Source: Basidiobolus meristosporus CBS 931.73 (lineage: Eukaryota; Fungi; Basidiobolomycota). From it: 64,000 nt of DNA. Below the pieces are notes generated by a model. The model searched no databases, had not been told where the DNA came from, and saw only the letters and a program-made list of their open reading frames with translations. The position numbers and the translations under genes are program-made. This document shows, piece by piece, positions 1 to 12,620 of this stretch; position 1 is the stretch's first letter; every line of letters starts with the position of its first letter. The stretch lies in assembly GCA_002104905.1 (NCBI GenBank), contig MCFE01000361.1, positions 1 to 64,000 on the forward strand, read 5' to 3'.

Positions 1-290
1 GGAGCGATGAAGTCATTCCACTAAAGAGTAATTCAATATGACCTGACAATATGTCTATTTGGCGCAGAGTTGTGTTTCTAGGCTAGATCATAGTCCTTGC
101 ATTCAATGACATCAATCGAGCAGTAAGTGTGTGTTAAATGAGATAACAATTTAAGCAAGAATCGGGTTGTTCGAATAGATCAGGTCCGATGTAATCTTAA
201 TCACCAGATGTTGGGTTCACATCATCATCCTGCAATATTGTATTTAAAGCACTCGAGCGGTTCTGCTACTGTGTGGGCTCAGTTCTCAAT

Positions 291-1527
291 ATGGCTTCTG
301 CATTAAAACAGCTTTCACAAAACTTTTGCCACAATGGCACTGTCACCAAATATTCTCATGCATCAGAGGTGCTTGGTTGCGAGATGAAATTCAATGTCTT
401 TTTACCAAAATCCGCCACTGCAGAAAGTAGAGTTCCCGTACGGAATCATTCCTGGCGAAACTTGCGAATCCAGAATCCGGGCTAACGTTTCGTGCTGCAT
501 TTACTAGTGTCTCTACTTCCTCTCTGGACTAACGTGCAACGAAGACAACTTCATCACCAAGGCTGGCGCCATTCCACACGCAGCCAAGCACAATATCGCT
601 CTTGTGTGCCCTGACACAAGTCCGAGTAAGTTGCCTCTTACAAGAAACCGTATTCATGTATACTAATGTCTTTGACTCCAGGAGGAGTTAACATCGAGGG
701 AGAAGACGACTCCTGGGATTTTGGAAGCGGTACGAGCGTTTGCTATTTCTGCCTCCACCGACATTATATCTTATATCCTATTTAGGTGCTGGGTTTTATG
801 TTGATGCTGTGGAGCCGAAATGGAGCAAGCATTATCGTATGTATAGTTATATCACCGAAGAGCTCCCTGCTCTAGTTAATCAGAGTTTACCCATTGATGG
901 GCAACGTGTCTCAATCTTTGGTCATTCAATGGTACACATTCTTGAGAATAGTTGTTATTCTTTCTGGGTGCTCAATTATTAATATCTTGGGCAGGGTGGA
1001 CATGGTGCTCTGATCTGTGCTTTGAAGAATCCAGGAAAGTATAAGGTGCAAAGGATTTTTGTTCTACCCGTTCCAATTGAGCAATTCACTAATGTAAACC
1101 AAACGCCACTCGATTAGAGCGTTTCTGCTTTTTCCCCTATCGCCAATCCTATCAACTGTCCATGGGGCAAAAAAGCATTCTCGGGCTATCTTGGTCAAGA
1201 TCAAGAAGCTTGGAAAGCATACGACGCCTCCGAGTTGGCCAAGAAGTACAATGGTCCTGTCCTGAATGTTTTAGTTGACCAGGTTTTCGCTTGTCCCCTA
1301 GACTGTAGTTGCTTACGGACATCTAATGACTTGCATTCTAGGGAACTGAGGATCAATTCTACAAGGATCAACAACTACTGGTAGAAAACTTCGGCTCAGC
1401 ATGCCAACAGAACAATATTGAGAATGTAAACATCCGCATGCAACCAAACTATGATCACAGCTATTGGTTTATTCAAACTTTTATCGAGGATCATTTGAAT
1501 CACCATGCCAAGCATCTGGGTGCTTAA
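291..1527 (+). CDS. ESD: S-formylglutathione hydrolase (esterase D), multi-exon
   Basis: Exons read [78 protein letters not shown] (GxSxG nucleophile, split by an intron) and [16 protein letters not shown]. Introns are GT-AG and about 50-70 nt. Confidence 0.93.
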
Positions 1528-1711
1528 CTTTAACCTGAATCGATGTGTCACCATCGGTGGTCGCAGCTCATCAAATAAAGATCGCGCTCACGTGAGACAT
1601 ATCGTCATATTTACCTTTTGCACTTGGACTGCTATTTTACCGCTCTCATTGTTACTTGCTTAGCTCTATTTCCTCTAATATTATCCCTTATCGTTTTACT
1701 TGGTTATCGCA

Positions 1712-4211
1712 ATGAACAGGCTGTTCAGTTCAGCCCTACTTATCTACTCTACTTTTTCACTAATAACTGTTGAATCAACAACAACAGTAATTGACGTGAT
1801 TTCAGCTGATGCGCAATTCACGGAGCTGATCCGAAACCTTCAAAAAACAAGGCTAATCCCCTTAATTAACAGCCTTCCAAATTGCATGTTACTCGCCCCT
1901 ACAAATGAAGCATTTGCCAAACGTGGGTCGCTAGCTGAGCCGTGGGAGCTCATGTACCATATCGTTAATGGCACTACTTTTCTTGCCAAAGACTTTTATC
2001 CTGGGCAAATTATAGAAAGCGTTTTGAGTTTTAATGACACTTTGGGTGAGGGTGAAGGCCAACGTTTCAAGGTGAGCTCTGCCACGGAAACAGAGTCAGT
2101 ATCTTTTGGAGAGGTGAAAATCACTGTCCCCGACTTGATGGCCACAAGAGGTACTTCCATTCTATGTAGACAACTCCCAAGCCCAGAGTAATAAGCTATA
2201 CTGATTTGTAGGGGTTGTTCATGCTGTTGACGGTTTTATGACTCCGCCCAAGAACTTGGGTAATAGATACGAAAATCTTTCGTTCGGTCGCATTCACAAG
2301 AGCTTACACTTTTCTGTCAATCTATAGAATCTGTGATTGATCCTATGGCAGAGTATACGAAATTCAAGGAGCTATTAGGGATCGCCTCGATGTATGACAA
2401 GCTGAAGGAGGCACATCCACTCACCATGTTCTTGCCAGATAACAAGGAATTCGAAAGATTCAATGAGCTTGAGATGAAGTATTTAACTGGCAGCGCTGGA
2501 AGAGACGATCTGTCATCCATCTTATCTCGACATATTCATCCTGGACTGGTTTATACCTCAGACATCCCTCTGGGGGAAACTGAACGTGGGTTGATTTTCC
2601 ATTACGATTGATTGTACGTCAGCATTTACAGTTCTATATGTTTTAGTTGCGACGCTGGATGGCCAAAACCTGACCGTGACATTTACTTCGGACAACACAC
2701 TAAAGATTGACGGATCCACAGTCATCAAGCGAGATACCTTAGCATCGAACGGTGTCATCCATCACCTGGAGAATATGATGACGCCACCAGAATTCGAGTT
2801 TAATGCCAAGAAATACCTTCTCGCACTTAACTACACGAACTTTGTGGCGATGCTCACTGACGAAGGTTTTGAGGAGCTTATTACCGACAACAAAACGCCT
2901 CGTACTATTCTAGCGCCTCCGGATCATGTCCTTAATTTTGATGCTTTCAACTTGCCGCCAAAGGGATCACAAAGGCTGAAGGATATGCTCAAGTATCATG
3001 TCACGCAGGGAAAATACGCGATCAAGGACCTATACAATGGCCAGTTGCTCGCAACAGAAATGACCTCGGATCTACTTCGAGGAGCGAGCCAGCAGATTCA
3101 GGTAAAGAAGGAGGGTGAGGATGCCAGCTTCAACGACATCAGAATTTCTGGCGAGCCTGTTGAAATCGGAAACAGCATCATATATCCGATCTCTTTCATC
3201 CTACCAATGCCAAAGGATATTCTCGAATTAGCGGACAGCAACAAAGAACTCTCGGCATATCTATCTGCTGTTCACTCGAGCAAGCTCGACTCACTAGTGA
3301 AGGGCAGCAAGGCAGTCACACTATTTGTACCGAGTGACGCGGCGTTTGCTCATATGGGGATTGTGTCGGAATTCCTTATGCTTTCAGAGTCTACATCTGC
3401 TCTTCAGACAGTTCTACGGTATCATATGATCAAAGATATCGTGTATTCTAGAGATATAAGTGAAGGGGTTACTCAGTTCGATACTTTTTCTTCGAAGCCG
3501 CTGAACGTTTCCCGCACTGGAGAGAAGATATCTGTCGTAGGCGAGGTACTACTGGGCAGTCAAGATAGGGCTGAGGCGTCGGTTGTCGCCAAAGACGTTT
3601 TAACAACGACAGGTGTAGTGCATGTTGTTGACAGAATTCAGATCCCGTCAACCCTAGATATCTCTTTGCAATCGCTGATTTTGGGCAGCAAAGCTTCAGT
3701 ATTCTTGCGAGCCCTTGAACATGTCGGATTCAAAGATATACTCACCGGAAGCCAGTCTTACACGATCCTGATTCCTACTGACCAAGCGTTCTCCAACATA
3801 AACATGACTGAGTTGTACCGATCACCAGAGGCACTGAAGCAATTGGTGCAACTGCACATCATCCCCGATCAAGTGGAACATCTCAAGGACTCCGTCTCGT
3901 ATGAAACATTACTAGAAAATACGCACGTGGTCATTCACAAAGTCAACGGCGATCGGTTTGCAGTGCTGGTGGAAGGCGCACGCTACTACGATGACCAAGC
4001 ACAGATCATCAACACCGGAACCGGACGAAATGGCAGAGCATTCGTGATTGACCGAGTTCTTCTTCCCAGCGATAAAAATTCGGGTGCCACTGGATGGAAA
4101 TGGCTTGCTGCGGGAATCACCATTCTTTCGCTAGTTTTGCTGTGTGGGGTTGGATACCTCGGCTTCAGATGGTACAAGAGACGACAGAGCGGTTATGAGC
4201 CTATCAATTAG
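1712..4211 (+). CDS. Multi-fasciclin (FAS1) domain type I membrane protein
   Basis: N-terminal signal peptide, repeated FAS1 motifs (LLAPTNEAF, MFLPDNKEF, TLFVPSDAAF, TILIPTDQAF; NGVIHHL, TGVVHVVD), C-terminal TM helix WLAAGITILSLVLLCGVGYLGF and a short tail. Confidence 0.87.
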
Positions 4212-4437
4212 AACTGCTCAAACACCCAACGCTAGAATTACAACATTCGTTTATTTTCTATTGATAGTCAATAAATATGACGTTCGTTAAACCGTGCATC
4301 TCAGTGATGCTGAGAGGTGGACTGAAGGGGGATTATCGGATGTAGAAAGGGAGGTAAAGTAATATTACACAGTAAAGGCGGCCGTAACTATTTCACAAAC
4401 ATTTGACTGGGTCTGAGTGTGTGTAGCGAAGTGAAGG

Positions 4438-7400
4438 TTATTCAGCGTTGGCATCAGCGTCTTGGATGATTCGCAGGAAAACCTCCTCCAGGCTGGTTTG
4501 ACTAAGTCCCCAGTCGATGATACCATATTGGTGCTTGTTCGTCTCGATCTTCTCAAATAATACAGGGATGTATCCAGGCACTGGCATGAATTCGAACGAT
4601 GTGCTGGTGACAAAGCTGTCGATCTTCTTCCAACCTTCGGGTAGGAGACCCTCGATGAAACTGGAGGCCTGGGCCGACATGTTGGGGACACAATTGTACG
4701 TCAGTTTGAAGCCGTTGCCGTACACTTCTTTCAGTCGGAGTTGGGGACCAATGCATCGAAGTGTGCCATGAGCCATGATACCAATCCGATTGCATAACAC
4801 CTCCGCCTCCTCCATAGAATGAGTGGTCAGCACGACAGTTCGCCCTTGTTTCGCCTCACTGATGATGTCCCAAATCAAGCGTTTTACCTCTGGATCCAGG
4901 CCAGTGGTGGGCTCGTCCAAAAATACAACTTTGGGGGACCCGATCAGGGCGATGGCAATCGATAAACGACGCTTCTCGCCACCGCTAAGCCCTTTCGAGA
5001 GCCTGTCGCGGAATTTCTGAAGTGAAACGCTGGCTAGTGCTTTTTCAACTCGGGCCTTTTCTTCGGACGGTTTCACGCCCTTGAGTCGAGCATAGTAGAG
5101 CAAGTGTTCCTCGACCGTGAGATCTTCCCACAGAATATCATGCTGAGGACAGACGCCAGTACTCATGTACACCTGCTTCATTTCCGTCTCGACATCGAAC
5201 CCACCAAGGCAGGCCTGGCCTGAGGTGAGCTCGTATAGGCCAGTTAAGATACTGATCAGCGTGGTTTTACCCGCACCGTTTGGACCCAACAAACCAAACA
5301 CGATATTTGGCTCGACGGAGAAGGTGACATTCTTGACTGCCACTTTGTTGCCAGAATAGACCTTTCTTATGTTCTTCATTACCAGTGGAGATTGCTGGTC
5401 GTAGTTCCCATTCAATACTCGCTCCCTTTCTGCGCGAACGTCGTCATCCTCAAACATAAGCTCCTTGTCTTCTCTGCCAGAGGTGAATGGCAAATACTCT
5501 GCGGGCTTGCGCTTCTTGAAGCATCCTTTGAACATCCATGCGAAGATGAAATACCATGGCTTCCTGACCCCGTAGGCGCTAGGCAGGACTGCGATTAGAT
5601 AGAATGCAATCATCATGTATATGATCGTGCCTACGCCAAGAGCTATGAGAGACTTGGCTAAATCATCCGGATAGAGCATGTTTATGTAGGAGTAGGGCCT
5701 GGCCATAGTATCCAAGCTTGCCATGTTTATCACATGTAGTCCATGGTAGAATGCAAATGGAAGCCAGATATAATAGGCCGCAGGAGTATCGCCGTTGAAT
5801 ATCACTTCGAAGCCAAGGTTACAGATGACTCCACACAATACGATTAAGAAGGTGGTGACCAGTGCGGTTCGAGTCTTTCCAAAGAAGGCGCTAAGTAGAA
5901 ATGCGAGGGCGATCTGAGCGTGGCCCCACATAAACAGCAAAAATATGTAGACGAACGGCTGGGTTTGCGTGAAGATAGACATTCTAAAGCCAACTCCGGT
6001 GACAACGAAAATGATGCATGAGATGGTGTGGAGTGAGTAGAAATGCGCATAATGCGCGGTGTAATAGGCACGTGGACTGAGACCGTTCATTCTCATCATG
6101 ACCAGTATCCTATCCTCTTTCTCCTTCACTAAAATAATGACAAAGATCGGAAGCAGAAACGAGATACCGAAGGGGTACAAAATCCCTCCGATGAGACTAC
6201 CAACGGGAATGTCGATCTGCGAATTGAGAAGCTGGGGCATCACTCTGAATCCGTGGCTGATCCTTGCGTTTGCACCACTCGCAGTGCTTTGCAGAAAAGC
6301 AGTGCTGAGCTTGGTTTGCAGGGCCATATTTCTCAGCCCGCGCTTAGGATAGGTCTTCACCGCTTTGTTGATGCGAGAATTTTTCCCTATCTGCAGTGTG
6401 TAGTCCCAGTTCAAGTTATCGGGGCTAATCTCGTCGAACAGAATCGATCCCCACGGAAGTTCTCGATAAACATCCGTTATCCTTTTGTAATACGCCGGCA
6501 ATCTCTTTGGATTTCCTGGGATGTTGCCAATATTCCCTATCATAGTTGTCGCGTTGCGGATGCGACTTGTAAGCTCATTATTCACGTCGTCCTCAGTTCC
6601 AACCACCTTGTCGAAGTAGGGGGTGACCTGCAGTTGAGGCAGACTACCATTCTCGTACATTTGTAGGATATCTGCGGCGTTTTGAGGAATGGTTTTGGGC
6701 ATTTCTTTGATTGTGCCAAAGTCCACGAAAAAATTGGACTCCATCGAACCGAGAAGCCCACTGTTGTTCTGAGAGATCGAGCTCAGATCGCCAATGTTCG
6801 TGACCGGAAGCTGCATCACCTTTTGCCCTGAATTGGCTCCAGATTTATCGAGCACCAACGCCCATGGTAAGGTTTGCATCGAGGCAAGCATCGTCGGGTC
6901 CGCAATCATCGAATCCCCGAACCACCCACCATAAGGATCTGGCTTGAAAGTTGTGTCTTTACGGAGGGCAGCACTTACACCAGGGTTAGGCTCGTACGGC
7001 AATCTATATGGGTAATTGTGCTCGAACCAAAAGACACACGACTGCAGGTTGTCGGGGGACAAAGCGCTGAGTGCATTAAACCCAAGCCCAGTGACAAAAT
7101 AATTCAAATCATAGACTGGCCGCGGAAACTTGGAGTTTGGCACCTGGTCAGCTGGTGTGGTGGATGAATTGGATATTGCGTTGGGGAACCCAAATCTATC
7201 AGAGGCCATCACCGAGGAACACATCAAGTATTCTATCCACATAATGAATTAATACGCATAGCCTGTGCGAAGTGCGAAGTGCGAATTAACACATGCTTGC
7301 TTACCAGAAGGAAGAGGTGCATTTTTTCGTATAAGACTAGTGGCCACTATTCCAAGAATCCCGCCAATAGCCACCATCATGAACGGACACAGACTTATAA

Positions 7401-7825
7401 CGACAGATCGGTTAAAGACCTCGGAGAATCAGTCGAACCTTCTCTCTACTTACCTTAAACAACAGATGTTCACGAACCATTGTCTTTTCTGATAGGAGAC
7501 GGTTTTTCTTCCCTGGTTACATTGGAGTTAGGCCAAGGAGAAGATGAGGACAGCTTTACAAAAATCACTGTATACCAAGGCACGCAACTGATAACTCTTC
7601 CGTCCGGTATCATGATTGATGTATCTCTGCTCAGAGTTTATGCCTATTGAAGTAGAGGAACTAGTGCCACTGGAGGATATGTTCGAATCAGATTCTTTCT
7701 CTTTAGAAAGAATGGCCAGGACAAAATTAGCTCAGCTGCCCATCACACTGCGAGTACCATCAAATTGCTCTACCTTTTGAACCCGAGAGGAACTGTTGAT
7801 TGGAAGGGCTAGGGCTTGCAGTCAT
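4438..7825 (-). CDS. ABCA-subfamily half-size ABC transporter
   Basis: One TMD and one NBD: LVKEKEDRILVMMRMNGL, Walker A GPNGAGKTT, GVCPQHDILW, signature LSGGEKRRLSIA, Walker B FLDEPTTGLD, and an ABCA-type C-terminus SLEEVFLRI. The 5' exons were inferred by eye (ATG at 7825). Confidence 0.9.
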
Positions 7826-8391
7826 CCAGAAAATACGTGTTCACTTTACTGGCTGTGTTGAATAAAAATGCAAGCTGGTGATATTATGAAGGATTTACAG
7901 TCTATGATGGAAAATGCCAGTAAAAAGTATGGCCGAATTCAAGGCTTAAGTACTGAGATAGAACAAGGAAGTTTTATGATCATTAGAGTTGGGTTGTGTG
8001 ACTATTGCCGGAGTACGTAAAGAATAATCTACAGGGATCAGATATTAGCAGTTGTATGTGATGAAACCAAGGCGCCAGGCAGGAAAAATAGAATTCCATA
8101 CTCACACTTCTAAAAAGGTAGTGGCCGTTACCAGAACCGCAATTATGATGAAATAACTGTATGACTAGTATTACTCATTCGGGTGTCAATCCCACTGGTA
8201 TTACTCATTCAGGTCTATATCCAGATAGTAATAGTGAATAGCGTAGCATAAACAGGAAGCTGAACCGGAAGCGCAACAGGAATCCAATGGGTAAAAACAT
8301 CTGCCAAGAAGATGCGAGATCTAACTAAATAAGGCCCCACGAGGCAATACTTCATGCACACGCTAATTGGTCAGAAGATTGACTGCTCCTT

Positions 8392-8464
8392 CAGCGTACC
8401 TCCTATACCCAAAGAAACATCGAATAGCAGCGTGCTTCCTATACCCAAAGAAACATTGGAATAG
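8392..8464. repeat. Tandem dimer of a ~36-bp unit in the divergent intergenic region
   Basis: cagcgtacctcctatacccaaagaaacatcgaatag is followed directly by cagcgtgcttcctatacccaaagaaacattggaatag. Confidence 0.7.
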
Positions 8465-8761
8465 ACTTCTATGCCTAGGGAAATATTATAACATGCCATG
8501 CAAAATTCTGAGTGAGCTGGTTGCTAAATCGAGCATACAACGGTATATCTCTCGACCAGTTTGAATCTTCAGAAAATTCCAAGATACTTCAGAACTGAAT
8601 TCATCCATTACTTTAAAAATAGCTTACCAATTTATTATTAGGACCCGGTAAATAAGGCAATTTTCTTGGAATTCCGACCTCGCTTCTTTTTTTCTTTACT
8701 TCTCATGCTTATATAGCGTTTCCATCTTGACCTCGCGCACCCCTCCGCCCCTTGTTCCGGT

Positions 8762-9693
8762 ATGTTGAGTCGTACCATCTACCTTTTCTTTGCAATCCTC
8801 CTTCTGGGTAGACATCTGTTAGCATACCCTCAAGGTCTCTCCGATCTGGACTTGAAGGGAGTAAATAACACATCTGGCAACGCTAATATAGTATCGAGTC
8901 ATGATGATCCAAGCAAAAGTGTGGCAAGTGCAGATCCGATCGACCCTTCAGCAAACAATCACTTGAAGCCAACATCCGCTTCAGATAAGCCTGCCAACAC
9001 TCGAACAAGTGAAACACCCTCTCCTACAACCCCAACCCACACCACTCCCTCTAATAAGCCAACCTCAACTCCAACCCACGAGGCAACACCCACTCACGAG
9101 CCAATCCCTACTCATGAATCAACTCCAACCCGCCCAGATAACAACACGCAGTCAAAGGTCAACTCAGAAACCACGCCAAGTCATGAAGTCAACCCACCTG
9201 TACCCCATGATACTCGCAAGACCCCGACGTCACCTCCAACAACTATGCCTACCAAGGCTTCCGATAGTACATCTTCAGGCAAAAAAATCGTGCATTATTC
9301 GACAAGTATTGTAGTGATTACGGCCTCAGATAGTGGTATGCTTACCACTAAGCATGTCCTTACTACCATCACAAGTGACACAGAATCGTCCCTCAAGAGC
9401 CAATCATCATCGAACAAAGGTCGAACAACTGGTATAGCTGTTGGAGTGTCTGTTGGTGTTGCTGCAGTGCTGAGTGCGATTGGGATCTGGATATTCCGCA
9501 AATGGAAGCTATCGGTGAGGACTCTTCACATTACATAATCTTCGTTGTACAAAAGCATTCTAACCCACATCATCTCTAGCCGTCAAGGAATTTCAGGGCT
9601 AGACTGCGCAACAACGATCATTTCAAGCCCCCAACGCACTCCATTTTGGAGCGGGAATCGAATACCGTGTTCTTGCGTGAGCTCAACGAATAG
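8762..9693 (+). CDS. Mid2/Wsc-like Ser/Thr/Pro-rich single-pass cell-surface protein
   Basis: Signal peptide, long S/T/P-rich ectodomain with TPTH/TPSH repeats, TM helix GIAVGVSVGVAAVLSAIGIWIF followed by RKWK. After an intron (gtgagg..ctctag) the tail ends VFLRELNE*. Confidence 0.72.
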
Positions 9694-9974
9694 AGCACCC
9701 ATTTGATAATACTATAGATATTTCAGTTTTTCTCCTTGTGAATACACTCGATTTGGCTTGGCCCAAACTACATTTCTACTTTCCAATAAATGCCATGATG
9801 GTGACACCAACTATCAATGATCACCTGACAGCCTTTAATCTAAACTTGAATAGAAGTTACACTGTCACGAACATACATTCTGAATTTTCCCCCTTTGAAG
9901 CAAGTTGGTATCTAGTCCCCTAAAACGAGATACAATCGTATTAAACGCTTCGCTTGAATTCTGCTTCTGAAAAG

Positions 9975-11283
9975 ATGATTCAGCTTCTGAACACCCCATC
10001 CCAAGTCGCCAAAATGAAGAAAGAGGCCAGTTACGATCCTTACTTGGCTTCCGCAATGAATGAGCTTCGAGAAATACTGAATGTGGAAATGTATGTTGAT
10101 GTGGACAAGTTGAGACGTGCAGCACGCCACGGTATTCCGTCAGAAATACGAGGGGTCAGTTAGTACACACTGGTCACTAAGCGTACACATTAAATAAGCT
10201 TCATTTTCTCAGGAGGTATGGAAATTTCTGTTAGGTGTTGAACCAGCGGACCGTTGTATGTATAGTACCAGTTGGCGTTCCAAATCCATTTCACTAAAAC
10301 CAGCTTTTTTACAGCCCACGAGCTCTCTAACAGCAAGGCAAAGGCGGACGAATATGCGCAACTTGATAAAGAAAACTCAGAAAGTACAAAAAGAATACGG
10401 GGCGAAGTTACAAGATACTTGAAAAGACTCGGCAACCATGAGGAAACGGCCAGCCAGTTTTCCGTTTTCGAAAATGTGATCGGGGCATACTTGAATGGCA
10501 ACAAGAGTGTTGAATATTCCCCTGTTTTAGTGCACATGTGCGGACCGTTCGTTGAGTGCTTATCAGAGGAATGGGAGATATATTACTGCTTTGAGCAACT
10601 AATGTGCCTTATAAGTAAGTGGTTATCTGCTGGTTGATTTGGAATCCAAAGTTAATGCTAGCGATATCATTGCAGACGAATATTATGAGGAGAATGAAAT
10701 CAACGAGTGTGTCGCCAAATTTATAACATTGTTTCGAACGCTCTTGCCTGACCTGTATCCTTTCCGATTCAGGGACATGTTTGAGATACGCCCATCAAGG
10801 GCACAGCAGCCTTAACCATACTGTAAGATACAATTATTTCCAGGATGAAGAAGTGGATTTCAATGAGTGGGTCGCCTCGTGGAATTTAAATTTACTAGCC
10901 AAGGAGTTGCCGCTGGACTCTCTCTCGCGCCTGTGGGATACGTATTTCTGCGAAGCAAACTTTCTAGAACTGCACGTTTACGTCTGTCTGGGTGAGTCAT
11001 GTTCATGCTCATGTTACCTTCGTCTATGAACTGACACTCCATACGCCAGCTATCTTAACTTATTGCAAAGAGAATCTCGAGGACTTGGAGCAATCCGAGA
11101 TACGCACTATGCTGCTGAGGTTACCCGAGCTAGACATGGATCAGGTAATAATGCCATGCTATAGTTTGAGGTTGCGAGACTGACAACTAATGCATCCAAT
11201 GCTAGATTCTCCAGCAAGGCTTCAATTTGATGCACGAAATACAGGAGCGGGAGATATCCGACGGAGTAAACGGGTCCATGTAG
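9975..11283 (+). CDS. Rab-GAP TBC-domain protein (atypical)
   Basis: LRRAARHGIPSEIRG/EVWKFLLGV, IRGEVTRY, LAKELPLDSLSRLWDTYF, LELHVYVCL. Multi-exon; the start codon is uncertain. Confidence 0.82.
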
Positions 11284-11454
11284 TTCAGGTCATTCATTCG
11301 TGGTTGGCGTCACTGGATGCTCACAATATCAGTTGAACATTTGCATTAAAAGATTTATTCCATTTTTAACATCGCGGATCTACTCAAATACTCGGCGATT
11401 CGCTTTGTAGAGCTATTTACATTCTTGTTCATACATCCAACCAATCTATTCCAT

Positions 11455-12238
11455 TCAATAGCGGATCCCTAATACTGCTATCGAGAAAAGGACGAATGCA
11501 AACATGACTGACCGAACCAGCCAATATTGGTATTTCTACCGGATCGGATTAGGAAATCGGTACTTGTTTAAATGGAAACAGAGGTGAAGGTTTACCTTTT
11601 CTGGTAGAGCACGAGGAAGCTTCGGCTCCGTGGATAACTTGCCGAGCTCGTTGAATTCCTTTTGTAGTTGCTTCAGTTGCAGACGCTTCTGGTGAATCCG
11701 GTTATCTCTTTCCTCAATCTCGTACACCACTATGAATAGATAACCAGCTGTCAAGGGAATGTCTTCAGCTATTGTGACACGAGGTAGGGCATACCTTGGG
11801 TGCGAACCACCGAAAATTCCAGTAGCTTGAGTTTAATGGCGAGGATTTGATATTCTAGACATAGTACTTCATTACCCCGCTCAACGAGTTGCTACATTTA
11901 CACGGCAGAAGCAAAAATCAGCCAGGTCGATGAGATGTTAGGTAGAGTGGAGGCGCACACAACTAACGTGGCTCTTTGCACGAAAGAGCAACCTGAATAA
12001 ATACCTGATCTTCAACCATCAGCTGATTGATCATATCAAAGTAGCAGCATTTTTCCTGTTGCAGCCGTTTGAATTCCTGAGCTATGTTGTTGAACTCGAC
12101 CTGAGGGTCGATCCGGGAAACCTTTTCTTTGGATAGGGAAAGGGCCATCGGAGGCTTTAGTAAAAAAGAGGCGGTGTATCGTGTGGGTTTAGGTAAACTA
12201 GGGGGGCGAGAGGTTTCTAACAGAGTGGCTACTTTCAT
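11455..12238 (-). CDS. Tail-anchored coiled-coil protein of unknown family
   Basis: Four exons joined by GT-AG introns. Coiled coil (EERDNRIHQKRLQLKQLQKEFNELGK), then a last exon KYQYWLVRSVMFAFVLFSIAVLGIRY* forming a C-terminal TM helix. Confidence 0.6.
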
Positions 12239-12620
12239 TGTGTCTCTTTAAGAACCTAAAGTTCAGATAGGCGATCGCTCTAAAGATACCTGGTGTGTTG
12301 CATGTACGCGATATCACGAGAAGTACGAGGTACGACTTTGTGCTTGGTTGAAAAAAGGGAGAATTTTCTGGGCAAAAATGTGGGGGACACCATTATCAGA
12401 GACTGGATATATTCTTGAAATCACAATCACAACTGACTCCTCGATAATTCATCATCACAATTGACCCATCATATTACTCCCCCCCCCTTGATTCCTTCCT
12501 TCTGTCACGGATTAGCATACAATGCTCTGATAATTTATTATCCAGCTGAATCATGGGATGATGTTTGTAAAAATGCTCCTAAAAAATCTACATCGAAGAG
12601 CGTTCATATCACAACTCCAT

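Noticed and set aside
7860-8100. Weak resemblance (GFTVYDGK) to the copia integrase relic at 60.9 kb
   Set aside because: The match is too short, has stops, and shows no other TE hallmarks.
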